Shown: positions 12,078 to 26,622 of the stretch, piece by piece
Layout of the letters: each line of letters opens with the position of its first letter
Position numbering within the stretch: the stretch's first letter is position 1
Origin: Lama guanicoe
Lineage: Eukaryota
Direction of reading: 5' to 3'
NCBI GenBank assembly: GCA_013239625.1
Contig: MU053493.1
Location: 691,793 to 755,792 of the forward strand
DNA length: 64,000 nucleotides
The notes under the pieces: model-generated
What the model was told of the DNA's origin: nothing
Databases searched by the model: none
What the model saw: only the letters and a program-made list of their open reading frames with translations
Position numbers and translations under genes: made by a program

Positions 12078-15000
12078 CACCCTTGCCTACATGAACTATC
12101 TAGTCTAAGGAGGGAACAGAAAATACAAATGAAAAAAAGTAAGAGAAAATTGCACGTGGTAAGACCTAAAGTGAATAAGGGGTGAATACCAATAGGACGT
12201 TGTCAGGGAAGGCCTCTCTGAGGAAGGACACTCGAGCAGAGGTCTGAAGGAAGGGAAGGAGTGAGCCACGAGGATTTCTTAGTGAAGGAATAGAACATTC
12301 TGGGCAGAAGACATGGCACCTCTAATTGCCTAGTCCTGGGACTGGATCCAAGGTCCAGGGAGGTCCATGTGGATGGAATTGGGCAAGGGAGTGGGAGAGT
12401 AGTAGAGATCTGGCCAGGGTCATATCCTACCACCCAGATTGCATGACTCAGAAATGCTCTTCACACAACCACCACCTTACATTCATCTTTTCTTTCATTG
12501 TTTCTTCATTGTTTGTTTTAAAGAATGTGGCGTTTCCTAATCCAGACAAAAGACAACGTGCAAGTGATATCGCTCTGTCCATGATTTTCCACCTTTAATG
12601 GAGAAGTTCCCTTAGGTGTATGTGGACGATCTGTCCTCTACTGGGGCTTCTTTGGGACCTAGCCTGGAGGGAGCTCAGTGGAGCTGGTATCAGCCTTTAG
12701 TCTCTTTTCTCAGAAGTCCCAGCAAACCAAATGGACCCTCTATCCCACAAAACCCCACTAATTCAAGAAAAAATGAGGCCTCTCAAGACTCTTGGTAAAG
12801 GGTGTGGCTGAGCTCTTCTGCCACCTTGTGACTGATTCCATTTCTCCCTTCCCACCAGATGGATGCGTCTCAAAAAATTCCTTGAGTAGAACTTTCCTTT
12901 ACAGGAGAGGCTCTTGACAGGCTCGAAGAACATGGTGACCAGAATCCATAAAGAACCTCCCAACACAAAGCTATGCCTAATGCAAAGGGTACACTTGGTA
13001 ATGCAATAGAAGGTGTATTGTGAAAGAAAAGGCGTTGGGGATCTTCTCTTTTATGAGTGCCTGAGAAGTAAGGGGAGCAAAGAAGCAAGGTTAGGTGGGA
13101 GAAAGAACTAAGGGATCGAATTGCAGGTGCCTGCTGTGCCCGTCTATTCCTTAGAGCTCTACTCCATCATCCACCTCTTCTGTGGGACAAACCCTCAAGC
13201 TCCAGTGAATCCAGCATCCCCTTTCTCTGTGTGCCCACCTAAGACTGAGTGAATCTGCTGCTGTCAGGAAAAGTGTCTGCCTGTCCATGGACCACTCCCC
13301 CTCCCCTTCCCAACAAGGAGACATTACTGGCCATCTGCACTCTCCTCCAGCCCACTCTGTCCTCCTGGTTGGTGCAGAAACTGAGATTGACATTCAAGAA
13401 CTCCTTCAATGTCTGGCCCATGAGCTGTTTAAGATGGATGCCTATAACCAGCCTCTCTGTTTTTTTGTTTTTGTTTTTGTTTTAATTAATTATAAATTTA
13501 ACTCTACCACCACCACATCCCATCTCCTCTGAGACAGCAATTTTCCTCCAGCTCTCCTCGGTGTATTCTCAACCTCTCCCCCTCTACTTCATAGGTACAT
13601 GCCCTGAACACACTTACTACTTCCCTGCATTGGCAGGAATGGCAGCATTATTAACCACACCACACGCTTGCCATCGTGTGCCATTCTAAGTGCTTCACAA
13701 CATGGGGCACAGATATTAATTCCACATGGCTGATTGCAAAGCATGGTAAAGTTACTCAAAGTGTCATTTTAAATTAAAACAAACATGCAAATGTAATGAC
13801 TCTTGGTCAAGTCATTGGTGCCTTTCTTCTTTGCTCCTGTCGTACTGTGAAGATGAATGTACACTTTGGGTAAAATTTTTAACATAAACCATGAAATTTC
13901 AGGCTCAGGCAGGGTCATCAGTGTAGTATTGTCAGTTCTATCATCCAGTGATGAATCTTACATGCGTTACAGAGATTCTTTGGCTAAACGTTTTGGAAAG
14001 GACTTCCACTTCTGGGTTGGAAGCAGAAAGTTCCACCCTAGTCATGAGAGTAATATGGATAAATTACAAAATGCATCAGCAAAATGAAGATACAGATTAA
14101 CCTGAATGAATTAAATTTCAGAAATGGAAAGCCCTTCCTAGGAGCAAGAGCCTCTTGGTGCTTTAATCTGGGATTTACACAGAAGTAGGAAAAAACGTCC
14201 CATGGGTGGATGAATGGAAAGAGATAACAGTCAAACTGTTAATGAATTTTTATTGACTCTATATTGTCTGAAGTGGCAGATTCAAATGCTGAGGAGTCTA
14301 AAAGAAGCCTAAATCCACCTGCCCAGTCTCCTTTAGGGCTTCTGCTGGCTGCATGGGAGAATCACATCAAAGGCTGACAGCAGGGCAGGGGAGATGAGAC
14401 AGGCTCAGGAACCCTTCCCTGAGTGCAAGGTAGTGACTTAGAGGAAGATGCTGTTGGAGGACAGGAGAACTGAGATCCTCTGAGGTTTACAGATCCTGCC
14501 TTGAGCGGCTCAGGATGCTCTGAGTAGAGAAAGATCCTGACGGCACTACTCCCAAGGTGCACACAAACTCTTCACTGAGTACACGACAGCTGCTGCATAA
14601 AGACCAGATGCAGAGAAAGTTAGGGATAATAAAGACCTTCTGAGGCTGGAAGATGCCAGAGCAGGGTTAGAGAGCAAAGAAAACTCCATAGTGAACAAAA
14701 ATGCTGGCAACTGGGTTCAAGGCAAGAGGGTGAGAAGAAGAGAGAGAGTTGGGTAGGGGTTGGAGAGAGAAAGCAGAAGAAAAGGAGATGGAGGAGAGAA
14801 ATCAGAAGAGATTAATTTCCTATATTCATACAACGAACGCCTGGACCTAAGACATAGCTATTTGAAGTTTCTGTTGAAAAGCCTGTCTTAATCTCACACT
14901 CAAAATAGATGAAGCCTTCATCGGGGGACTGAGTTGCAAAAAAATTCCCAGATTCAACTCAGATGTATATTAGATCACTTAAATATTTAAATTCCACAAA

Positions 15001-15117
15001 CTAGTAGTCTGACTGAGGAAGAATTATAGTTTCTCTGAGAGTAATTATTTTTTGCTTCCAACTTGAATTTTCTCACAAACATTGTTTCACACACAATAAG
15101 AAGTTAAGAAACATGGG

Positions 15118-15281
15118 AAGGGGGAGGATATAGTTCAAAGGCTAGAGTACATGATTAGCATGCATGAGAGGTGGTCCTGAGTTCAATCCCTAGTACCTCC
15201 TTTAAAAATATATTAATTAATAAACAATAAATAAACAAGCAAACAAACCTAATTACCCCTCACCAAAAATAAATTAAAAAA
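15118..15281 (+). mobile_element. tRNA-Ala-derived SINE (diverged)
   Basis: ggggaggatatagttcaaag...gagttcaatccctagtacctcc plus tail. TSD aagaaacatggg. Confidence 0.85.
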
Positions 15282-16035
15282 AAGAAACATGGGGGAAAAA
15301 AAACAGAAAAATGTGACCCATGGACAAGAAAAGAAACAAACACAGGAGATAATCTGCATGTTTGAATTGACAAAGAAAGGCTTTAAAATAGCTATAAAAA
15401 TATGTTAAAGCATATGGTAAAGAAAGGTGGATAACGTCCTTGAACAAATGACAAATTAACAAAGGAGAGCTTTCATCAAAAAGGTAGAGAATGATTTTTA
15501 AAAGTGGAAATTTTATAAGAGAAAAATAAAATATAAAAATGAATAATTGAGTCTGTGGGCTTAATGTCATACTGAATATGGTAGAATTCTTCAGAAAGTG
15601 TCAGTGGACACAAAAATAAGCTAGTGAAAAATCATCCAAACTGAAACACAAGGAGAGAGAAAGACAGATTCATACAGATAGAAACAGAGAGAGCATTGAA
15701 GAACCACAGGGCAATGTAAAAATACATTTAACCTAAGTGTAATTGGAATCCCAAAATTACAGGAGAGAGAATAAGGCAGAAGAATTATTTAAAGACATAA
15801 TGGCTGAGAATTTTCTAAAAATGGTGAAATGTATTAACCTACATATATGACAAGTTCAGGAAACCTGACTCAGGATAAAGAAAAGAAATCCACACTTAAC
15901 ACCTCTTATCTTCAAACTGTGAAAAAGTGAAGATAAAGAGAAATTTCAAAAGTAGCTGAATGGGAAAGAACTTTAAAAGGAAGGGGAGAACAACACAAAG
16001 AATGCCTTATTGTCAAAAGACAGTGGACTAATATC

Positions 16036-16410
16036 TTTTTTTTAAATCTTATTTTATTGAGTTATAGTCAGTTTACAATGTTGTGTCCATTTCCAGTGTA
16101 GAACACAATTTTTCAGTTATACATAAACATACATAAATTCATTGTCATTTTTTTTTTTGCTGTGAGCTACCACAAGATCTATATATCTATATATATCTAT
16201 ATATCTCCCTGTGCTGTACAGTATAAACTTATTTATCTAGTCTACATATGCCTGTCAGGATCTACAAATTTTGAACTCCCAGTCTGTCCCTTCCCTCTCC
16301 CCTCCCCACTGGCAACCACAAGTTTGTATTCTATGTCTATGAGTCTGTTTCTGCTTTGTATTTATGTTCATTTGTCTTTTTCTTTTCTTTCTTTCTTTTT
16401 TATATTCCAC
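16036..16410 (-). mobile_element. Young L1 3'UTR, antisense
   Basis: ttttattgagttatagtcagtttacaatgttgtgtc...ggcaaccacaagtttgtattctatgtctatgag. Confidence 0.88.
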
Positions 16411-16494
16411 ATCTTTAACATGCTGAAAGCAGAAATAAAAATGTTTGTCTATAATTCTCTGTCCAGCAAAAATATTCCAGAATGAAGGGTAGAG

Positions 16495-17660
16495 ACAAGA
16501 ATATACAATGAAGACAGGACAGTCTCTTCAATAAATGGTGTTGGGAAAACTGAACAGATAATGCAAAAGAATTAAACTGGACCCCATCTTACACCCTATA
16601 CAAAGATCAACTCAAAAAAAGATTAAAGACTGGAATGTAAGATCTGAAGCCATGAAAGTCCTAGACATAAACACAGGGATAAAGCTCATTGCCATTGATC
16701 TGTGTAACAATGTTTTTGGATTTGACACCAAAAACATGGGCAACAAAAGCAAAGATAAACAAGTGGAACTATATGAAACTAAAAAGCTTCTGCACAGCAA
16801 AGGAAACATTTAACAAAATAAAAAGGCAACCTCTGGAATAGGAGAAAATATTTGCAAATTATATACCTAATAAAAAGTTAATATTCAAAGTATATAAAAA
16901 ACATACAACTCAATAGGGAAAAAAAACCCCACAAAAAACAATTTAAAAATTGGCTGAAACAGGCACTGTTCCAAAGAAGACATACAAATGGACCACAGGT
17001 ACATGAGAAGATGCTCAACATCACCAATCATCAGGAAAATATGAATCAAAGCCACAATGAGGAGACACACAGTAAGAATGGCTGTTACCAAAAATGCAAG
17101 GGATAGCAGGTGTTGGCAAGAATGTGGAGAAAATGGAATCTTTGTGAACTATTGGTGAGAATGTGAACTGGTTCAGATACCGTGGAAAACAGTATGGAGG
17201 TTCCTTAAAAAATTAAAAATAGAATTACCATATGATCTAGAAATTCCACTTCTGGGTATACAGTCAAAGGACAAAATTACTGGAAATATCTGGAAAAGAT
17301 ATCTGCACCTCCATACTCACTGCTACATTATTTACGGTAGTCAAGACATGAAACGAACTACATGTCCCTGGATGGATGAATGGATAAAGAAAAGGAGGGG
17401 TGTGTATGGGCGCACGTGTGCATGTGTGTGCTGTGTGAATAATGGAATACCATTCAGTCATGAAAAGGAAAAATCTTTCCATTTGTTACAACATGGATGA
17501 AACTTAGGGGCATGATGCTAAATGAGATAAGTCAGAGAAAGACAAATACTGTGAATCTAAAAGAAATCAAGCTCACAGATATAGAAAACAGATTGGTGGT
17601 TGTGAGGCAAGAGTGAGGGGTGGGCAAAATGGGTGAAGGTGGTCAAAAGAATAAAAGAAT
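16495..17660 (+). mobile_element. L1 ORF2 3' part and 3'UTR
   Basis: gtctcttcaataaatggtgttgggaaaactg...aaaagcttctgcacagcaaagg...gaattaccatatgatctag. Confidence 0.88.
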
Positions 17661-17995
17661 GAATGTGAAATAAAGTCACTTTTGGATAGACAATAGCTGA
17701 GAGAATTTGTTTCTTGCAAACATGCTGTACAAGTAACACTAAGGAAGTTGATCAGGCTGAAGGGAATTGATATTAGAAGAAAATCTTGATATGCAAGAAG
17801 GAAGGAAGGGAACTAGAATTAAATATACATTATATATATAATGTATAACATAAAAGGATTTTTAAATTATTCTAATATACATTATATGTACATGTTTATA
17901 ATAGTTTAAAGCATAGCATTTAATATAACATATAATAATATACATACCCATATTCATATATTAAAAATTCCACACACAACACAGCTGTATAATAT

Positions 17996-18168
17996 TAGGC
18001 AGTCTTTGATTTGCACAGTCCTGTGTTGACTGAAACTTGTGCATATGAAACATGTCCAGTTTGCATGGAACCTCAGCTCCTGGACACCTGTGTAAAATGA
18101 GTACACTTTTCCAATGTGCAGAAGTTTCAGTTAATATGGTTTTATGCATAGTGAGAAATTGCTTATGT
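17996..18168. mobile_element. Tigger-type non-autonomous DNA transposon (palindromic MITE)
   Basis: Degenerate terminal inverted repeats of about 50 bp (ggcagtctttgatttgcacagtcctgtgttgactgaaacttgtgca ... tgcagaagtttcagttaatatggttttatgcatagtgagaaattgctt), with TA at the ends. Confidence 0.6.
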
Positions 18169-18716
18169 ATTTTTTTTCTTGACCACATCACCCATTTTGC
18201 CCAATCTTCACCCCTACCTCTGGCCACCACCCATCTGTTTTCTGTATATGATATCATATATTATTTTAAAAAGACAACTGGCCATTTAAAACAAAGAGAA
18301 TAGTCATATGCCATGTGTTTTGGGGTTTGTGGCATATATAGAGGTAAAATAAACAGCAACAAGAAACATAGGGTATGAGGAGTTTAAATGGAATGATGTT
18401 GTTGAAAAGCTCGTATATTATTCATGAAGCAGGTAGCATATTTATGTCAATGATGCCAAATTAAAGATGTATATTGTAATCTGTCAAGCAACCATAAAAA
18501 AACAAAGAAGGTATACATGAAAAGCCAAAACAGGAGATAAAATTGAATGCTAAAATATTTGATTAATCCTAAATGGGAAACAAAAACATAGATGGCATAC
18601 ACGGAAAACAAATACCAATATAGTCAAATTATAGTCTACTCTATCATTAATTACATTACATGTTAATTGACTATTTCATGGGAAAGGCAGAAATGAGCAG
18701 ATTTACAACTTAACGA

Positions 18717-19214
18717 TGATTGTTAATTTTATATGTGAACTTGACTGTGACCAGGTATTTGGCCAAACATTACCCTGGGTGTTTCTGTGCAGGTGTTTTA
18801 GGTAATCTGTAGACTGAGTAGAGCATATTGTCCTGCATAATGTGGGTGAGTCTCACCCAATCAGAGCAAAAGTCTGACTCTCCCCCAGGGAAAAGCGAAT
18901 TGTTTCTGCCTGACGACCTTTGACCTGGGCCGTAGGCTTTTTCCCTCCCTTTGGTCTCAGACGGAAACATCAACTCTGACTGGGTTTCAAGCCTACTGGC
19001 TTTCTGATTGGAACTACCTCATTAGTTCTGCTGGTTCTCAGTCCCTCATACTCGGACGGGAATTAAACCAGCTCTTCCAGATCTCCTGTCTAAGACTCAC
19101 TCTGCAAATCTCGAGGCTGGCCAGCTTCTAGAATCACACAGTTCCTTACTGTAAATCTATAAACTAAATTTTATATCCTATTGGTTCTGTTTCTCTGGAG
19201 AATGCACTAATGCA
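18717..19214 (+). mobile_element. MLT2 (ERV-L) solo LTR
   Basis: Starts tgattgttaattttatatgtgaacttgactg and ends cctattggttctgtttctctggagaatgcactaatgca, both characteristic MLT2 termini. Confidence 0.85.
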
Positions 19215-21875
19215 CTACGTATATCTTATTTATCAAAATATACCTTAAATGTAATGACCTGAGCAGGTTAAAAGTTTACAAGATGCAAATACACAGAGTA
19301 TGTAATTACTAAGCGTAAAAGCCAGTGTGACTCTGTTAATATTAGACAGAGTAGACTTCAAGACAGGGATTATTTACAGAGCTAAGAGGGACATTTCATA
19401 AGAATAAAATGGTCAATGTATCAAAAAGACATCATCACATACAGAATGTGTGTTCTAATAACAGATCTTACAATAAATTAGATTATGGGGAGAAACAGAC
19501 AAATCTACAACCATATTTAGAGCTTTTAACACACGTTCTTAAGTAATTGATAGATAACTTGATTTAAAAAATCAGTAAGGATATAGAAGGTGTGAAAAAC
19601 GTGCTCAATCAATAGACCTGAGTGACATTGATAGAAATATATCAACGAATGAAGGATGCATTTTCTTTTCAAGTGTACACAGTTTTTTTTTCAAAATACA
19701 CCCTATATTGCGATCTAAATGCAAGTCTTAATATATTTAAAATAGCTGAAATCATATCAGGCATATTCTGAGATCACAGATCACAATGGAATTAAATTAC
19801 TAATTAATATATTATGAAAATATGTATAAAATCACCAAATATTTGGAAATTAAACAACACACTTCCAAATAACCCATAAATCAAACAAAACATGACAATG
19901 AAAATTGTAAAATATTTTGAAACGAATGATAACAAAACAGAATCTATCACAATTTGCAAGACACTTCTACAATAAGGCTGAAAACGAAATGTATAGCTTT
20001 AATTGTCCGTACTACAAAAAGGGAAATATTTAAATAAACATCCTAAGCTTGCATGTTAACAATATAGAATGAGAACAAGTCACAATTAAAGGAGAAGAAT
20101 GAGTAGAATAGAAATAACAGCTGAAATCAATGAAATAGAAAACAGACCTTCAATAGAGAAAATCACACAAGTCAATCGTTCATTTTTTTTTGAAAAGAGT
20201 CAGAAAACCGGTAACCCCTAGAAATACTAATCAAAGAAGAAAGAAAACAAAAGAGAGTGAGAGAGGACAAATCACTCATGTCAGGAATGAAAGAGAGACA
20301 ATACTACATATTATTCAGACATTAAAAGAATAATGAGAGATTTTGTTAATCTCCATTTAATAAAGAGAAACTGTGAATTTAAAATGGTTTAACAATTAAC
20401 CGATTGTTAACTGTTAATAAAGGGAGATTGACAACTCTAAGTGAACAAGCTTGACAACTTAGATGAAATGGAAAAATCCTTAAAAGCAGAAATTACCCAA
20501 ACTGGCAAATGAGGAAACAGAAAAACTGAATAATGTGATTTCTGTCAAAATCAACATTAAAAAGACAACCCAATCAAAAAAAAAGAGGGGGGAAACAGGA
20601 TGAAATACACAAAGAAGATACACAAATGGCCTCCAAGTCCAGCTACTTTGGGAAGTCAGTTTGGGCAGTTTCTTATAAAATTAAATATACTTTTATCACA
20701 CAGTGCTAAAAATGAAGTAAGCTATCAAGCCTTTAAAAACCATGAAGGAATCTTAAACGCATATTAGCAGGTGAAAAAAAATCTGAAAATGTTCATATAC
20801 TGCATGATTCCAAGCATATGACATTCTGGAAAAAGCAAAACTATGGAGACATTAAAAAGATCAGGTTTACCAGGGCTTGGGGGAAGGTAGGGTGAATAGC
20901 AGAGCACAGAGGATTTTAGAGCAGTGAAATTATTCTATATGGTGTCATAAAGGTGAATGCATGTCATTACACACTTGTCAAAACCCACAGAATGTATAAC
21001 TTCAAGAGGAAAACTTAATGTGAACTACAGACTTGGATGATAATGACGCGTCCCTGTGGGTTCACGGATTATAACAAACGTACCCTCTGGTGCCTGATGT
21101 TGATAGTGGGAGAATTTGTGTGCGTATGTGTGGGATGGGCAAAAGTTATACGGGAACTCTCAATTATTCTTCTTAGTTTTTTTGAACCCTACAATTGCTA
21201 AAAACTGTACTAACAAAAATCCAATGATACAACCATTTCTCACCCACAGGAATGCTTCAACTCAAAACGTCCGATTATATCAGTTTTGGCTGGGATGTGG
21301 AGCACCTGGAACTCTCAGACATTGCTAATAGAGGTATAAAATTGTGCAGTCACAATTTCACATCCACTAGAATGAATGAAATAAAAAAGACTGCCAATAC
21401 AAAATTGTGCAGTGCTGCCGAACACTGGGAATTCTCATACATTCTGGTGGAGTGTCAAACTTCCAAACCCAACTGTGGAAAACTGTTGCAGTTTCTCACA
21501 AATATAAACACACATCTACTCTATGACTCAGTCATTCAACGTGATGTTTATTCAAGATACATGAAAATGTATGTTCAGAAGAAGATTCTTAGGAAATTTC
21601 CAAAGCAGTGTTTTTTTTCAATACTAGCCCTAAATTATAAATACCCCAAATATCAACAGGTAATAGATAAACAAACTGCAGTATACATACAATGGAATTC
21701 GATTCAGCATTAAAAAGTAGCAAACCTCAGATAAGTGCGAGATGTTAAAATCTCAAATAAAAAAAGTTGAATCCAGACACAAAAAGAATGTATACCATAA
21801 TAATTAGATTTATATGAAATTCAGGAACAGGCAAAGCTGGTATCTGGTGAGAGAAATCAGAAAGTGGTTACTTTT

Positions 21876-23086
21876 ACACATGAAAAGATGTTCAATGTCT
21901 CTACGTATTAGAGAAATACAATACAAAACGACAATAAGGTATTACCTCACACTATTCAGAATGGCTATCATCAAAATGTCTACAAATACAGAAACAGATT
22001 CACAGACATAGATTACAGACTTGTGGTTGCTGAGGGGAGGTGGGTGGGAAGGGATAAACTGGGAGTTTGAGATTTGCAGATACTGACTGGTATATATAAA
22101 ATAGATAAACAAGTTCATACTGTATAGCACAGGGAAATACATTAAATATCTTGTAGTAATTTATGGTGAAAAAGAATATGAAAATGAATATATGTATAAA
22201 CATGTATGACTGAAGCATTGTGTTGTACACCAGAAATTGGCACAATATTGTAAACTGACTATACTTCAATAAAAAAGTCTACAAATAATAAGTGCTGGAG
22301 AAAGTGTGGAGGAAAGGGAACCCTCCTCCACTGTTGGTGAGAGTGTAAATTGGCACAGCCACTATGAAGTACAGTAGGGAGGATCCTTGAAAACTGAAAA
22401 GTAGAGTTACTATATGATCCAGCAATCCCGCTCCTGGGCATACATCCAGAGGGAACTCTAATTTGAAAATATACATGCACCCCAGTGTTCATAGCAGCAC
22501 TATTTACAGCAGCCAAGACATGGATGCAATCTAAATGTCCATTGACAGATGATCAGCTAATGAAGATGTGTGACAGATATATAGATATAGATATAGATAT
22601 AGATATAGATATAGATGGATATCTATATAGGTATATAGATACATATATACACATATATAAATATATATGAATATTCCTACATGTGTAGGAATATTACTCA
22701 GTTGTAAAAAAGAATAAAATATTACCATATTGCCATTTGCAGCAACGTGGATAAGCCTAGAGAATGTTATACTTAATGAAGTCAGTCGGACAGAGAAAAA
22801 CAAATATTATATAATATTTATATGTGAAATCTAAAAAATAATTCAAATTAATCTATATACAAAACAGAAGCAGACATACAGACATAGAAAACAAATTATG
22901 GTTACCCAAGGGGAAAGAGGGGGATGGATAAATTAGCAGTTTGGGATTAGCGGGTACAAACTATGATATATAAAATAGATAAGGCACAAGGATCTACTGT
23001 GTAGCACAGGGAACTATACTCAATATCTTGTAAAAACCTATAATGAAAAATAATCTGAAAAATATATGGATACTACTGAAAGAAAA
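21876..23086 (+). mobile_element. L1 3' part with a younger L1 3'UTR nested at 21989-22276
   Basis: Inner TSD gtctacaaata at 21978-21988 / 22277-22287. Outer degenerate TSD at 21859-21875 / 23087-23103. (ATATAG)n at about 22577-22620. Confidence 0.85.
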
Positions 23087-25717
23087 AGAAGGTGGTTGCC
23101 TTTGGGGGTTAAGGAATTGACTGGAAATGGGCACATGGGAGTTTATTGGATAAAGAAAATGCTCCTCATTTTGTTTTGACAGATGATTATTTGGTGACAA
23201 AGTTCATCAAACAGAATGCATTTCATTGTATGTTAATTATATCTTACATTTAATAAACAGGTTTTGGCAGCACCAATAACGGACAAGAATTTTGCTTTTG
23301 GCAACAAATAGATCAGGCTTCAGTTCCAGATTCTGCTATAGATAGCAGGGACATGCAACAAGTTAATTACCATCCTGAGCCTCAAGATCTTCATGTGTAA
23401 AACGGGGCCAAACGCTTGTGGATTTTGTGAGGAATATACAGTGCATGTAAAGATTTTAGGACGGTGCTTGGTCAAATAACAAGCATCCAATATACAGTAG
23501 TTAGGCTATTTTAATGAACCTATTGCAACACTTCTTTCAAAAGCCTTGTACTTCTGATACGTTCTGTGTTGATTTACTTATTTATTTTTCTTTTAGTGCT
23601 CAGTCTGTCTATTTGGAGAACACTCTTGAATCTCCCACAGATTTGGTGTTGTTTGTTTTTTCTTTTCATTGCTACTGCCAGCATCACACCCCGACCCTCA
23701 CACTCCAGGCAGAAGTGAGTACTCAGTTACTTGCGTCAACTATGACCAATAGAAGTTTTAAACGCTGCAGACCATAACACTTTATGGCACTAAAAATACC
23801 ATATTAATATCCCTCTGCGTCTATAAGATCCAGTGACAGATTTTTTTCTCTGTAGCCCTACACCGTGTCAGGCACATACATAATCCTTAATAAAAAGTAT
23901 TTTGCAAATAAATAATTTTAGACTTTGTGAAAATCATACCTGATTATTTTACACACTTATAAATATTTCCACTAGAGCCTAACAGCTGTAGAGGAGTGAA
24001 AGATGGGCACTTCTGGTGCTAATCTTATGCTTTCATTCAATAGCTCCTCCCTGACCACTCAGAATGAGGCAGGGGAGACAAGAGTGAACAAAACAAGGCT
24101 GCAATCTGCAAGAAGGCCCCAGTCTTGTGGCAAGCCAGGCGATAAAGAAATACACAAATTCTTTGTACATCTGGCTCAGTGATGTCCCTACTCCTATTTG
24201 TCTATCCTCAATTCTCCTTCTCCCAATCTTTTCTATTACTTGTATTATCCTTTTGCTATATATTTGTGTAAATTTGTGCCAAAGCCGTTTCTCATTAGAT
24301 GACAGACAGGTGCCTACATTCCATGGACATTTTGTGTATATTTGAATTCTATCTTCTGCTCACCTTGGATTTTTAAACCGCTTCGTGGAGAAAGAAGGAG
24401 AAGGAATTTTGGCAAGGCGTGGTTCAGAGGAATGGGGATAGAAGAGCATACACACAGAAGGTCAGTGGGTGCATCAGGAAACTAGAAGATTCCACTAGGA
24501 GAAGGGGGTTTTCAGAAACCTATTTAAAGCTTTTTGTTCAAACACCAGAATCAGTATCACATTATTAAACCAGTCAGCCTTCACAAAGGGGCTACATGTT
24601 ATTTGATTCCTCACCTGTGACACTGGGAGCAGGTGCATTTATTAGAAGCTGGGTGGTCAAGTGGCCTGGGTCTGAGAGCAATGAATGTCTCAAACAGGCC
24701 AGTGTATTTTCCAGGGAAGAATAAATCCGACTCACCCATTACTGGCCCCACCAAAATCACTGGATACTTATGTCTCCATTTTTCTCAGCTGGTTCACATA
24801 TGTTACCAAGGAGTTGCAAAAATGCTAGTGTAGGACTTGACGACATTTCATGTATAATGACACCTACAAGTTTTCCCGCCTCCACCCCATAATCCCTGAT
24901 AATTCCCTTTTGGCGTCTGCATCACACGTGGGCATAAACTGGGCCTCCTTTCACATGATGGATTTGGTAGGAGTTGACATTGTGTGGTAGTGCTTTTCAT
25001 TAAGCTCCAACCTCACTGAGAACAATTGGGCCCTGCTGGTCACCATTTATTGTGTGGGATGATCCACAGCATGGTGGACCAAAGGTTAAATCCACCATAA
25101 TCCTGAAAAAACAAATTGTTAGTGGAAGAACTTAATCTCTGATGAATGTATACACTTGAATGAGAGAAGGGGAAAGTGTGCTTTAGTGACAGTAGAAATG
25201 TCATCAGCTGAGAAATGAACTGACTTTCCCAAAGCCATCCACAGCCAGCAACCATCATGTGACAGAGTTGGGAACAGGGGAACATGAGGGTTATGTGTCC
25301 AAATTTATGCACTGCATCTCTAGAAGTAGTTCTAAATCTCTATCAAACTCAGAAGTCTTATAGGGACAGATCATTAGCCCAGAGAGGAACCTGGAAACCA
25401 TGAGACATGGAGGTATCCATACTTCAGAAGCACACAGGTGTGTACACAGGTGTGACAGACACCTCAGCAGGCACCAGGGGAGAGCTACTGGTGTCTGAAA
25501 AGGTGTTCTAAGCGATAATAATTCTGATTTCTCACCCCTTCAGTTGCCAGAAAAAAAACACTGAACCCTCACTCCCAAATTATTACTTCATTATTTAAGG
25601 CAACGATAACCTTGGGAGTGTGTATATGCCTTTGTTGGGATTCATAAATTACCAAATTTGAGGAACACTGGCTAAGGGTACCTCAGGAGGAGTGGGGTAT
25701 AGCCTCTAGCATTCTCT

Positions 25718-25734
25718 CCTGCCCCCTTGTGGCA
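25718..25734 (-). promoter_or_regulatory. Candidate CTCF motif upstream of MAGEL2
   Basis: The minus strand reads GCCACAAGGGGGCAGG, matching the CTCF core CCA[C/G][C/T]AG[A/G][G/T]GGC with one mismatch. Confidence 0.45.
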
Positions 25735-26622
25735 TCATTCATGTTTTATTGGTCACTCTGGACTCTTGCCCTAGGCAGCAAATAGCCTCTACTAAACTAA
25801 GCATCTTTAATACTTAGTATTTTGTATATTTCCAGAAAACAACCCAACTGGCAGTGAGACTGGCTTTTTCTTTCAGCATGAAGTCACATAGTGCTACTCA
25901 GTAAATGTGATGTCTCCTGCTTTATCCATTAACACATCATTTGTCTAATTTTTAAACTGATTTTGTCTATGAGTAGATGTCCCCCAAATTCTGTAAATCA
26001 CTCTTCATCTGTTTTTCCTGTGTATTAATCTTGAATCTCTTCATTCACTCATTTTATTATTTTCTAGTGCTTTTTTTTTTTGGTTTTCCTCTTTACAATT
26101 TCTTTCTTGCTCTGCAACTAATAAGCAGCAACAGTAAATCTACCTGGTTTTTTCATCCCAGTTATTCCACAGGAATTATTCCCCCAGGCTAAAAATGCTG
26201 CCTTCCACTGATCTCCGGAGCATCTTAATTTCTCCAGGATTCCTTTCCTTCCCACTCTATTCTTTGTCGTCTTTTTCTCTACCTATGTCTAAAAAGGTCT
26301 GCCTTCTCCAACACCTGTCTCAGGAGTTTCACTCTAAACACTCTTCTTCTGCAGCCACACTCCCTGGAACGCTCTGTTTCTATGAAGAGGATCGTGACTC
26401 TCAGCTCAGTTTTCTTCTGAATCCCAAACCATTATACAGGTGTCTACAGGATAGCTCTCTCTGGCAGTCCCATAGCACGCACTGTCAATGCCCATGTCCT
26501 ATTCAACACTTGACAATCTCTCCCCACTACGAGCCCCACAACACCAGCGATTTCCCACTTCCCCGGGACAGCGACTTCTCTCTCACTCTTACATTAATTA
26601 TAGCAGCTGCCTACTATGACTC

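Larger units (their letters stand above)
15300..21200 (+). mobile_element. Old L1 (ORF1 and ORF2 remnants) with multiple nested insertions
   Basis: ORF1-like text (gtaattggaatccc...aagacataatggctgagaattttcta) and endonuclease-region text (attagacagagtagacttcaagacag; cacaatggaattaaatta). Confidence 0.7.

Noticed and set aside
12780..13440. Possible ancient LTR fragments (also about 35440-36200, 39480-39830 and 50280-50800)
   Set aside because: Composition is suggestive, but I could not identify termini, TSDs or family.
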